64,000 nucleotides of DNA from Takakia lepidozioides (Eukaryota > Plantae > Bryophyta): assembly GCA_030704615.1 (NCBI GenBank), contig CM060733.1, positions 12,400,001-12,464,000 on the forward strand, read 5' to 3'. Positions within the stretch are counted from its first letter, which is position 1. Each line of letters opens with the position of its first letter. Positions 13,830 to 26,600 of this stretch are shown piece after piece. The notes under the pieces are model-generated. The model was not told where the DNA came from. It did not search any database and saw only the letters and a list, made by a program, of their open reading frames with translations. The position numbers and the translations under genes were made by a program.

Positions 13830-15431
13830 ATGGCGTTGCAAGCTGGGCCCAGCCTTCAGAGTCATGCCCAGGTGCTGGGATTGGCAGAAAGGAGGGGAAG
13901 TTTCTTGTCTTCGTCTTCATCTGCTTCCGTGTTCTCCTTCGCACAAGATGCAGCGCGTCACTCTGTGTTCTGGGGCTCTTTTGACAAATCTTTCCGTCTT
14001 GCGTCTTGCGCTGGTCCTTCGAGAGAATCTGGTAAATTTTCTCACTACCTGAGGCAAACACACGGTCGTTATTGAAGGGTATAGAGACAGGAAGAGTAGG
14101 GGAGAATGGAGGACGAGTAGACAAACAAACGGACTACTACGTGGGTGGTAAGAGGAACTTATGACTACCTAGGATTGAATTTAGAAACTGAATATGCAGC
14201 ATCCTTTTCATGGCAGGTCAAGTCATCGTAATTTATAAGAGTCGTTGAGTTCTCTGCGGATTTTGCGGTGTACCGAAGAAGTAATTCCTTTCGACAGTGT
14301 GGAATGTGAGAGGATGGGAATGATGACACAAACAGAGCGGCATGAGATAACTCGGAATCTGTGTTCGTGGTGAGAATTCTCAGAGAGGCGAAGAGCGGGT
14401 ATGCAACTGAGAGCACATAATGTGGTCGCATCTTCGGCAGCAATGTCAAGTGGTACCCAAGTGAGGTCCACCAGCATCCTGGTGGTGGGAGCCACCGGGA
14501 CACTGGGTCGTCAGGTGGTGCGGCGTGCCCTGGACGAAGGCTATGATGTGCGCTGCCTTGTGCGCTCGCGCCCTGCCCCTGCTGACTTCCTTCGCGACTG
14601 GGGGGCCACTGTGGTGAATGTATGCCTCTTGCTCTCCCTCACTTCAATTCCCCAGAAGAACAAGAGGTTGAGCTTACCCTTGGACTGGAAAGGCATTGTT
14701 AGATCCCATCTCTCTGAGTTTTGTCGACAATCATGTTATCCTGAGGCTCTATGTATATAATTCAGCTCAAAGTGAAGAAGAAGCACCAAGCCAATAACCA
14801 AATTTGCATATTAGTGTAGACCGACATGAGAGAAATTGGAAGCAGCAGAGAGGCTAAGGTGGGGTGCATGGAGATAGAGTAGCTCCATCTGGGGAGGGAG
14901 GAAGTCTAAATCTTAGCTTGATTTTATTTGACATTGTTCCTTCATGCATTTTAATCACTGGTTAAATGGTAACAACAGGGGGATTTAATTAAACCGGAGA
15001 CACTGCCAGCAGCCCTAGTGGGTATTCACACTGTCATCGACTGTGCAACTGGACGACCTGAGGAACCCATTAGAACGGTGAGCCCTCTGATTCATGTTAC
15101 TGATTCCAAGTGGTGCTACCAGGTTTGAGAGGCATGATAGCTGAATGCTGCCTTCTCAAATGGACTGGGGTTAGGACTAGGCTTGAAAAATATCTTCTCT
15201 TTCTTTCTCTCCCAGTTTGCTGTATTGACAATCGAATTTGGTGTATTTGGTTGTGTGTGTGAGAGAGAAAATGTACTCATAAGATGTTTGCCAGTACATT
15301 GTGGCCATAGACTGCCCTGTTTGGGTGGAACAAGAGGGGACAGACACTACCTTCGTGAGGGGTGTGAAAGGGAATGTACTCATGAGAAGTTTACTGTAGC
15401 CTTGTGGCCATAGAACCGGGGGTGTGTGTGC

Positions 15432-15495
<64 letters not shown>

Positions 15496-17827
15496 ATTAT
15501 AAGTGTGGTTATTTGTGCCACATGCACATCGATTCTCAAATGCACATCATAGTGGAAAGGATATGGAGGAGAGATCCCCCTGACATGGAAAGGAGCCTTG
15601 TCTATTCAGGTAGACTGGGATGGCAAAGTGGCCCTGATACAGTGTGCAAAGGCCATGGGAATTCAACGCTTTGTATTTTTCTCAATTCACAACTGTGAAA
15701 AGCATCCTGAGGTGCCCCTCATGGAGATTAAGCGATGTACTGAGGCCTACTTGGCTGATTCGGGCCTCAACTACACTATTATCCGTCTGTGCGGGTTTAT
15801 GCAGGCATTCCCCATATCCTTCCTTTCTCACCCAATGTTTACCTTTCACGTTGCCTGAAGTTTAGCTAGTACTCTGATTTTAATGCGAGAGAATGGGTTT
15901 AGTGGAGGTGCCATTGTATTGCAATTCTTGTTTCATAAGCAGGTTGTGTTATCACATTATGCTAAGTTTGTAAGTTAGGCTTTTCGACAGCTGCACAATT
16001 TTAGTGGCTTTAGTCAATGTACCCTTTAGCAATGTCTGTTTCATAACAACCGTTAGAAGACTCATTTTAAATTAAAGGGTCACGACTGGTGCAGGGTGTG
16101 ATTTCACAATATGCAGTTCCAGTCCTAGAGGACAAATCTGTCTGGGGTACTGATGCACCCACTCGCATTGCCTACATGGATACTCAGGTTTCGCTTTCAT
16201 ACCTTCCAACCATGACTTCGTTATATCTACTCCTTCCCCCACCCACCCCTTTTTCTCTCAAAGAGATGTATTCCTGAACTGCCAGACTTGCTGTTGCAAC
16301 AGGACGAAACTTTTGACCATAGACCGCATAGGATGCTGTTTGGTCGACAAGCCTAGTAAGGAACTGTCATATTCTCTCAGAGCCAATGGTGTCTTGCTCA
16401 CAAGATTGATCATTACTTGAGTTTATTCTAGGTGTTGAGTGCCACTGAAGGATAGGAATTTCCTCAGCAGTCTTCAGCACTACAAAGTATTTTCTTATCA
16501 CCAGTGTTATGGTTCTTGCTATATCCTGACACACCATACAGTATGTTAGGAGCTACTACATAAGGAGCAATGGACTGAAGGTGGGAATGGGGCTTGTGCA
16601 GGATGTTGCACGCCTCACTTTGACAGCATTGCGTAGCGACAAATCAGAGCGCCGAGCATTGACATTTGCTGGCCCTCGGGCTTGGACCACCCAAGAGGTA
16701 CTCCTGTCTTTCCCCTTTCTTGTGTTCTGGGTTAACCTTGCCAGTGACCTTCTCAGCATGCCCATGCTTGGCATATCCTGCTTGCATCAGAGTCCATGTA
16801 ACCTATCTTGTTGAAGCAAATTGCAGGGATAGTTCTGGGCTGAAACTTCAATTGGGTTTCCTGCTCTAAGGTTTCACTGTACCAGGCTTATGAGTGTTAC
16901 GCAAATTTGGTCTGCTTGGCTCGTGATTTTTGGGGCTGCTCAAGCAAGCCAGTCTCCATACCTTCTGATCAGCTTTGACCCCGTTCAGCATTCTCTGAAT
17001 TTTCCTGATGCATCACTTAAGAACAGATAGTGGTTGGGTTCGTACGACTCTGCTCTAGCTATTTAATGTTGAATTCTAGGTATAGTGTCGCTTGGGCCAA
17101 TGGTTAACTGCTTGGTGGAAGCAGGTGATTGCCCTGTGTGAGCGGCTGGCTGGGCAGGATGCCAAGGTCACCACTGTTCCAGTTGGTGTGCTTAGATTCA
17201 CTCGTGTGCTCACACGTCTTTTCCAATGGACCACTGATGTTGCTGACCGCCTTGCATTTTCAGAGGTAACAAAACCTGCACTTACTTTCTGTCGTTGTTT
17301 TGTTCCTTATTCATAGAGGTGTGTCCTTCTAGATTTTCTGTGCTTTAATCTTAATCCTTCTTGTATCAGCATTCCAGATGGGGTGCCCGCAACTTGCTTG
17401 TATAAGGAAGAAAGGAAGACAAGAGGGGGTTGTTTGTTTAAAATTTCGAGAAGGGGGACATAATGATTGTATGCAAGAGCAGTCCATGCTTTCTCATCTT
17501 ATAAAGGTTGTCTTCATGTTAGCAAAGGGGTTCAAATCTACAGCTTTATAGCTGTCCCACATGCCAGAAAACATCCCAAGTACTACCGTTTTCACGCTCA
17601 GATGCTTGTCCACTTGAGATGATTAAATGAGTTTGGTGTATGCACTGCAGGTTCTCACAAGCGATGTTGTATTTTCAGCACCTATGACAGAGACTTATAA
17701 TTTGTTAGGAGCCGACCCCAAGGAGACCACTAGTTTGGAGTTGTATTTGCAGGAGTACTACTCCCAAATCTTGAAGAAACTCAAGGACTTGAAAGCTCAG
17801 TCCAAGCAAGGGGATTTCTACATCTAA
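13830..17827 (+). CDS. HCF244: HCF244/Ycf39 atypical short-chain dehydrogenase (PSII assembly factor), 8 exons
   Basis: [44 protein letters not shown]; [41 protein letters not shown]; [15 protein letters not shown]; ends [14 protein letters not shown]. Transit-peptide exon 13830-14031 splices in frame to 14384. Confidence 0.95.
15270..15417 (-). repeat. Copy of a dispersed short repeat family (other copies at 26464-26625, 27437-27506, 52900-53069)
   Basis: Shared core cccct(c/g)acaaaggtagt..tgtccc..tgttcc...ggggtc(t/a)atggccacaagg...caaaca..tcttatgagtacatt seen in each copy. Confidence 0.75.
15434..15490. repeat. (GA)n microsatellite in HCF244 intron
   Basis: Uninterrupted GA run. Confidence 0.95.
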
Positions 17828-18387
17828 AACATACCGCGCTCAGCTTTGTGGGTCAAAAGGTAGGGCAGGGAGCAATTTTAGTGGGCATTCCTGACCACTT
17901 CCAACCATCGCAAACGTATTCATGAATGTCACTGCCAGCAGGTAAGTGGTAGAGTGGCACGGGTTCCCCAAGGGCTCATTTTATATGATGCAAGTTTAAG
18001 GAATAAGCCCTTGTTGGCTTGTAACATGATTCATACCAGCATTCTTCGTTGTGTACCATTGTCATTATTTTTTCTTCGAGTGAATTATATTTGGACATTC
18101 TCTTTCAATGTCCAGGAGAAGCTGCTACCAACACGTGATCGCAAGAATATACTTTTGAACTCTAGTCTTCTCAAATGCTCTCAGATGGAAACCCTTCCTG
18201 CTTTGATTATCCTCAACGGGGGTATTATTTTTTCCTGTATTTCTTGTTTGTCAGACTTTCACTTGTCATATTTTTAGTTCATTCACAACCACTGCATAAA
18301 TCTTTGTTCCTTCAATTTAAGTTTTCCACTGCCCCTTGACCATAGCCCATTGCCCCTTGACCATTTTGGGAGAATGGCCAGCACAAA

Positions 18388-18404
18388 AGAGAGAGAGAGA
18401 GATG

Positions 18405-18449
<45 letters not shown>
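18388..18449. repeat. Imperfect (GA)n microsatellite
   Basis: GA run with two interruptions. Confidence 0.9.
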
Positions 18450-18450
<1 letters not shown>

Positions 18451-20951
18451 AGTTTGTTAACATTTCAGAAGAGGAACAAGCCGATCTAATTAAGCTAGGA
18501 GAGAGTAACCTTGCTGGGCACAAGGGGGAACATCCGGGGAAACAAAAGCATAACAGCATCTGAAACATATTCTTCGAATATTCTAGTAAAGAAACGGATG
18601 TCAGCGGATTCTCATTTCACCATGGAATGTTTTTGGGATATTCGTGGAAGGCGAGGAGTATTCCCAACCTCTAGTAAAATAAGTAGACAACCCTGTTTAC
18701 ATTACGGGTATGTGGCATTCTCTAATTTGTTACTTCAGTAGAAAAGTAAACAACCCTGCTTACATTATGGGTATGTGCATGTTATAATTAGTTACCTTCG
18801 GCGTAACCTAATGCCTATCGCCACGTGGGAGACAGGATGCCGCTTCCTCCTTCACGGTCTGGATCATTACACGTCTAACTCCCGATGCTATGCCACTGGC
18901 TAGGGCATGCCATGCCACGCGTACATACCATACATGTCTCAAAACTATTGTGCATTTAATTATAATTAAAAAAAGTTTATACTTTTTACCAGTATACAAT
19001 CGAGGTCGTGAATCCAAGTACTGTAACAGTTTCAGGATGTCGTTCGGGCCATGAGGTGGAGGTGAAGCTTTTAAGTATTATCCGGAGGGCTCGCAGACAG
19101 ACAGGGGCTGCTGCTGTGTTGACACTGTGCATTTGCGGTGTTGGATTCAGAGGCCTCCACCTCCCTTCTTCCCATTCTGCTTGTTTCTTTAAGAAAAAGG
19201 GTCCCAGTTACTCTGACTTTTTCCCTCAACAGATGACTATATAACTGTCATAAGATACTTTGTGCCACAATTCAAATTTCTCTGTCTATGTCTCTGTCTC
19301 TTCCCTTTCCTCCCTCTTTCTCTCGGTTTCATTCCCTTTGACAACACCCACAGTCGGAAACTGCAGAATTTATTGGTGTAGAGACTCGCACCTTCTCTGT
19401 TGCGGCCGTCAAAATTGGTTGTATTCTATTCTGACAGTGTCTTCAATGCTGTAAAGAGCACAAAGGGGGTAGAAAGGTGTGAGACCCACAATTCAGGCCA
19501 CCAGCTCTGCTCCTGGCCTCCTTCGTCTTTCGCTCCGGGTATGGTATAGTCTTTACCTGTGATGCTTTCCTTCAAGCTCTCATCCGTCGTTTTGCATGCT
19601 ATATCATTTGGCTCATTGGAAAACAAATTAGTCAAAAACAATCCTCGCAAAAAAATATCTGAACACTAAGTTTGTAGACACCCTTGCATGCGTCGTATGA
19701 CTTGGGAAGTTGGGTTCCAATCTCTATTTCTTCTCATCTCTTTCAAATTCGAATGGGGTCTCAAAGATATGTTGCCTTTGTTTCATGGAAATTGGGTGTC
19801 TGGTCACTCAACCTTGTCCCCTCCTTCTTCAGGTGTTCTGTCTCATCTGCTGGGCGAGGCATGGATGCACGCCTCGGCAGTAATGGCATTTCCACAAACC
19901 TTTGTATCAACCTATACGGTAGCGTGACAGAGGCAGGGTATTGTTCTTTAAACTAATGTGCGACGTCGAAGTAGACCCAGCCCTTATTCAGACATCAAGC
20001 TATACGCCGTCGGACTCAAACTCATCCATCAAAAGAAGCCGCTAGTCACTTTCTGAGCTGGAACTTGTGAATGCCTTAGTGGTGTACATGCACAAAATGC
20101 CAATCTGAGTGCAAGCTATTTGGGCCTCAGTCAGTGGTTAGGAGTTCCTAAACCAACTCGTCATCCTGTGAATGCATGCCTGTGCCCTGTGACTTATGTT
20201 GCTGGTTTACGTGTGCCTATAACTGTCTTTGACAGTGTCACCCAGCAGTGCAACCATTCACACAGCCCCATTTGTAGCAACTATAGCTAGAGCGCTGTAG
20301 CAGCAGTGCTGGAATGAACCAGTATTTAATAAAACAATGTGCAATTCCCCGGGATTCCATTGTCATCGGCAGTGCACAAGAGGTGTGACAGGATTGGATT
20401 AGACTCCTACACCCTGATAGTAAAGGAGGGTCAGTATTCTGTGGGGACTATCCCCTCAGGGTGCATCACAGCCAAATGTCCACAGAGACTGGTGCATTAG
20501 TACATGTGCATTTCTTCTCTGTCTTCACACGTGTACTGCTAGAGTCCAGTGTACTTAATTTTCTCTTTCTCAGTACAGGTATTAGCATCATTCTTGATAT
20601 GAAATGAACATTTCATTTTCTGTGATCTGATGTCTAGCACATGCACTAAGGCAATTTTGCACTAATAGTTAGCTCAATCCTTATGGCCTGTTCAAAGAGG
20701 CCCAGTAGCCCCTGGGTGCTACACCTGCGGAGTATATCAGACCGAACCCTCCAGAATAACAAGTAAATTCTCTCAATGAAGCTTTTCCTTTTTAGTTTGT
20801 GTGAACATTGGGAGTACTTGACATCTTGGCTGTTTCTCTGGCATGCAGACGTATAAGTGGGAGCCTATCTACTCTGTCCATCCCAAGATGCAGGTGTTGT
20901 ACCACAGCGTTGAAAACCGTAGGGCGCGTGGGTAATGCAAAGGACTATGCT

Positions 20952-22584
20952 ATGGCCAGCCTCCAGACAGCGTTGTTGGGTTACTGCCAATTATCTACTA
21001 GTCATCCCCGTAGCCAGTTTCCTAGGAAAGTAAAAAGTTCAAATGAATGGAAGGCTCCAAAAAGGGGGACAAAGTGTGCTTCTCTACGGACCAGGGCTTC
21101 AGCCGACGACCATGTCACCTTCTCCTCCAACTTCAGCACCGACCTTCCCCTTTATGAATCGAATCGAGTAAGAGCCTAAAAGTATGTGCTGATTGAGGGA
21201 TTAGACATGCCTGACAAATTTTGTGATATGGAGCCATGCGTTAGCACCTGAAAAGTGTGTGAGAGTGAGAGAGCATACTCTCTATGCCTGCTCTAACCCT
21301 GTGAATATAGACTTCATGTCCAGCTTAGAGCTGAACAAGTACAGGGCAGGAATGGGTTAGGGGAGGGAAAAGGTATTTTTAGTGTCCACATTCCTGGGTC
21401 TTGCTCCTTTTCTGTAGATTGATATATATTCAAGAATACATTCTCTACACCGGTTTTTGTCACATGTAACCGCATGACCACATCCTCGTTTTCAGGTTCC
21501 ATTTGAACAGTACATGGGAGACCAGCAGCGCCTGTTCAATGCACTGTTTCCAGATGGACAACGCCGTGAAAGACTCAATAATGTAAGATTCTCTTGAAGG
21601 GTATTCTTGTTGCTTTTATCTGCCTACTCCTCTTGACCAGTGGTTGAAGTTAGAATAAAAGGATTAGCTCAAGAGTGTAGTCCATTGTATCAGGACATGG
21701 TACTTGCACTGTTGTTTTAGCTGATCATGTCCATCATATATGTTGTTTTGAGCAAGTATGGTAGCAAATTGATAAGAATGCTCTGTGGTACAGGACGAAT
21801 GGAGGATCCATATGCTACCTCTTGAGTTCTTCTTCCTTTCTGTAAGGCCTGTAGTGGACATGCGTATTGTGCTCACTGCCCCTGAAGCTGGCGACACTGA
21901 AAGAGTGACGCAGATGCTCACACTGCAAGCGGTAGGACCAATCATACTCTGTGGTTCTCATCCAGTTGCTACTTCTGTATTTACAAGTTTCAGTAGGAGT
22001 GCCACAGACTAAGACTTTCACTATTTTTGGTTCATTCAGACAAGGTGGGACCTACAAGGGCTCGGCTATATGGTGAAGCAATCCGACTTTGTGTTGGATG
22101 TGAAGGGATGCCTGTATCCTGAGAGAAGAGGTCTCTCCTCAAGACTCAAGGGCCAAATGAATCTGAGATGCAGCTTGGTTGTACCTCCATCGCTGGCACT
22201 AATGCCTCATGGAGTAATCGAGGGTGTGGGTAGTGCGGTATGTGCTTCCACCTCTATACCCTTCTTTTCCCTCTTCATGTTGCTGTACCTTCGCTCCACC
22301 CCACCAAGGGCAATGTCTTTGGACTTCGTGGACTTGACAGGTGCAATAATCTAATGTTTAACCATTGCTTGTGTGTTTACTCCACCACTTGGATAAAGCT
22401 AGTTGTCAAGGGAAGGGGAGATTATTTGAATCTTTTTATTTAAGGGTGTCTGATAAAGAAATCTGTAATGCAGGTTTTGACCCAACTGCTACAGTCAATG
22501 AAGGACAAAGTGAATAATCAGCTTCTTGATGACTACAGAGAGTATGTGCGTGAGCAGTCAGCAGCAGCAGTACCGACGAGCTAA
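20952..22584 (+). CDS. DUF1997 family protein, likely plastid-targeted, 5 exons
   Basis: MASLQTALLG...FSTDLPLYESNR | VPFEQYMGDQQRLFNALFPD..RRERLNN | DEWRIHMLPLEFFFLSVRPVVDMRI | TRWDLQGL..FVLDVKGCLYPERRG..SRLKGQMNL..VPPSLALMP | VLTQLLQSMKDKVNNQLLDDY..*; all GT-AG, in frame. Confidence 0.85.
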
Positions 22585-23137
22585 TGAATTTCCTTCAGGG
22601 AGAAATCAAATCGGCATGTGCAGTGAACATACTGGAATGATTTGACACCACCCTCTATCATCTCTTCATATGGGTGTTTGGAAGGAGGGCCACAGTACAT
22701 GGTAATGGGGGGCCCTTTCAGTTTTAGTACGCTCATACTGGTGGTGGCATTTGCTTACTTCACCTTTCACCCCACTAAAAAATCTTCACCTCGTTTTTGG
22801 AAATATTGTAAATGGACCTGACCATTTGAATCTAGGCTATTTCAGTGCTACAAGCAAGCCTAGTATAATGTACTCATGAGATCCCGGTGGTCATAGACCA
22901 CAATTGAATGTGGGCTGCAACACCCTCCCCTCCGTCTTTATTTTGCCAGGTCCAGTTTCAGAAAGTGAGGACCTTACTTGAAGTAAACCTTATGATTGCC
23001 ATGTGACATCTCTCAAAAAGTAGAATTTTTTTCTCCTTTGACTATTTGATTTTCAGTCACTAGACAGTAATTAACTGGTTGCACTTGAGAAGGTAGCCAA
23101 GTGGTTGGGTATTTGTGCCTTGCCTGTGCATAACCTG

Positions 23138-23340
23138 GGTGATATTGGGTTCAATCTTTCAACATGTGCCTTCAATTGGGTTCAATCCTTCAACATGTGC
23201 CTTCAATTGTCCATTGGCCCATCGATGGGTTGTGTGTTGAGCAGTTTCAAATCCATGCTATCTAACGACTGCAAAGTTAGAACATCCTCTTCAGCCCGCA
23301 TAATGGTCAATAGTAAATTCATTGGACATTAAAGAAGCTT
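23138..23340. repeat. Dispersed repeat with an internal ~30-bp tandem duplication; second copy at 33795-33900
   Basis: tgggttcaatc(t/c)ttcaacatgtgccttca x2 ...gtccattgg..c.tcgatgg..tgtgtgttgagcag...gtaaattca.tggac.ttaaagaa.ctt shared with 33795-33900. Confidence 0.7.
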
Positions 23341-23657
23341 GTACCTGGTTGGAAGAACTTACCATGTGCGGTTTCACTATTTAGAGTTGAAATTGAGGGT
23401 GAAACCAACTCAAAAGGTATATTGGAATGAAAATAAATATTGTATATAATGGAACCTCTTCCTCATTATGGCACCTCAATGCTTAGTAATGTAAATGTTA
23501 GTATAGGGCAGCCAATATACATCAATACTTGTATCCTCCTTTCATAACATGTCATATGGGATGAATTCATGAACCCATAGTTTTTTCTCTCATGATTGTA
23601 TCTCCATGATCCTTGCATTTGCATGGAATGGTTGAGCTTTGCCCAAGTGCAAGAACT

Positions 23658-26600
23658 TCACATAAGCACCTCAGTTTGAATGGACCTCTCTCTCTTCCGA
23701 ATAGCCTCATAAAGATCATAATAAGACACACTGCGCTTAATTCTTTCATCTGCTTCCAATCTCTTTTTAGAAACTGGAGAGCCAGAGGAGGATGACCCAT
23801 CTTCAAGAGTATGCCCAACTGAAGCCTTCTCCATCTGAGTGGTAAAAGCTTCCACAATAAAGGCAACTACTACATTCAGGGTGAAGGCCACTGCAATTGC
23901 CCAGAAGGCTATGAAAAAGAGACGAGACGAAACTGACCCAGTTGCAGCTGCATATGCGTCCATGAACACATACCAGTTATTCACCACACAAAGGTTGAAG
24001 GATGTAACCATCGACGATGCGTAGTCATTGTAGTTGAAAGCAAAGAATCCCCCATTTGCATACTCCGAGTTTTCTAAAGATGGGTTGCCAATGTAAACCT
24101 TGCCTCCAAAAATATACATACCAGTTAGAGAGAAGAGGGAGCAGACAAGAAATTGTAGCGCAAGAATTGGTGCAGTAGTGGGTATCAAGTGGATGAGAGT
24201 TTGAGCCATCAACTGCCAGTAAGAGATGAGCGTTACCAGGACGAGCACACGAAGTCCCCGTGCTATAAACATCCAGGATGCCCTGTGCCCAAGCCCCAGA
24301 AAGAGGGTTTTTCTCAGTTCATGATGCATGTGCTTTGAATCTGCATTCAAGTCCATAGCGGGGTATGGCTGTCTACAGAGCACACTATAAAACCATGAAC
24401 TACATACAGTGGTGTTTGTAACTAAATATGACAATTCACCATCTTTCGATATTAGATGTTGAGGAAGGCTACAGCTTTACTCCAATTCTCTCTGTCAATT
24501 GAAAATGCAAAGCATAGAAGTAACAAAACTATCAATGTGGGATGTATCAAGTGACGAGTCAAGACAGCTGTGTTTGGCATACCAGTGGTGCTCAACCAGG
24601 TGCACAAAGGATGCAGTTTGGGCAGTGAGCACGAGAATAGTGAGAAGCAAGTCAAAACGATTCCAGTTACTGTGCCAGTAAGCTTTCCAACCATGAACAC
24701 TTATTTTGAGTATCGCATCCAGTAGATACACCCACCCTGGGGTCCCCACATGCAACAGAACCCTCACTTAGCGCTCAATATTGCAGTACTTGTGGATTGT
24801 AGCTTATACGCTGCTGGTACTAGAAAAGAGGTAAGAGAAACCTACCATAGACTTGGATCATATTACTACCCTCAGGAAACAACGCTGCATTCAATGAACA
24901 AATTCAGTCAGGCACCTTAGCTGTTGTGATGGTACATACCAAAGACAAACTCTATAGTCACCAACATGCTTCTTAAAGCATCATCTTTGACCTGCAACAC
25001 CAATAAAATTGTTAAAACGTGGAAACATGTCTTGTAGGTGACATCTGCTGAAGACACTGGAACTTAATTAGTTAGCAACTAACTAGGACAGATAGTGTAA
25101 TGACCACATAAACCTGTATTTGTGAAGACAATTACTTATAAACAACTGACGCCTAACTCCCCTACAGCCTCTACTGGCATGTTCTCTAGACTTGGAGTGG
25201 GGTGCTTTTCATTCCTACAACCTGGACAGTTTACCTGGTTTCATATTAAAACAATGGATGACCACCCGGGATTGTATCATCCCAACACTCACGTTATCAC
25301 GTCGGCTTCATAATCCGATCTTCAAGTTCTCAACTTACCTTTTAGCTCCAGTAATAGCCACACTGCTACACATTCTTGGCTCAACTCGGCTATCTTGTCC
25401 AGTCAAACCAACATGGTGGAAAAGAACAGTGGTCATAAACAACAGAAAGCCACAAGCAATATGAAAAGTGAGATTGCCCCACCTCTATCTCACAGATTGC
25501 CACAACCACAGAAGCCAGAGTAGCTGACCAGATGAAGAGGTCATAGACAGGGTGTCTGACATAACACAAACAATGGAGCCCATCAACAAACTTGGTTCCC
25601 TGTTTCTGTAGACGTGGTGGCTGTCGACCAACCTCATTAGCAATTACATCACAAAGCTCCTCAAATTCATCCTGCCATATTTTGAAATCACCCCGCCTGT
25701 CAAGATCTAGAAACAATTGGCGTGTGCGTTCCCGGAAGTCGGATATGTGTCTGCATGAAAGCATGACCCAATGGAAGTTAAAAAGGCAGGAACTGCAATG
25801 TGTACATCATATATCTGTGGTGTACTGACTCGTGCAACCAACCAGTGATACTTCAAAGACACAAACAAGTTCTACTGACCCTCCATCAATTCTGGACAGC
25901 ATAGAACTCAGCCAATTTGACTGACATCTACTGTGCACCTTGGGCCTCCTGCGGCACAATAGATTTCTTGCTCTGTATATACCATCCTCACTGTCTCTTC
26001 CCTTTCACCACCATTCACCAAATCGACCTATGTGCTGGAAGAAAGCAATAAAGAAAGAAAAGGGCTTTACGAATCTACCAGAAGCCATGGGTAGCATGAA
26101 AGAAAAGGAGTGCCAAGGCAGGTAGAGAGGGAAAGAGGTATTCCATAAACTTGAATTCCCATACCAAGAGTAGCGATTATACATATTGACCATTTTGATT
26201 GTTGCCTATGGTATACTCTTCAAGGCATTTAGCCCGACAGGATTTCAACTGGTCTCAGGCAAGTTGTGGAGGATTTCCCCACTTCTGTCAGACTGAACTT
26301 GTCTTAGTGCCCACTCATAGTCATCAGCAATCCGCCACAGGAAATTGAGTGTAAATGGGGTTGGTAGAGACATCAAGTTGGAGAACACAGGTTTGGTTCC
26401 AGCATCGCTAAAATGCAAGCAATCCATCGACATCACCTCCCCAGGAAGGGCTTCTTGACTCAGAGGATATTTGGAAAGCCCAAACTATTTGTTTATATCA
26501 AGGTAAATCACACTACTGGAGTGAGCCCCTCACAAAGGTAGTGCCTATCCCCTATGTTTCCGTCCAAACTGAGCATGGGGTCTATGGCCACAAGGATACA

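Noticed and set aside
15177-15698. ORFs with RERERE/LSLSLS tracts (also 18317-18568)
   Set aside because: Microsatellite translations.
19000-19960. Exon-like minus-strand segments between HCF244 and DUF1997
   Set aside because: Could not assemble an open spliced frame or recognise a family; needs BLASTX and RNA-seq.
3923-22584. ELIP, HCF244 and DUF1997 as a photoprotection gene cluster
   Set aside because: Co-location of three plastid-targeted genes is plausible by chance; no shared regulatory evidence is visible.
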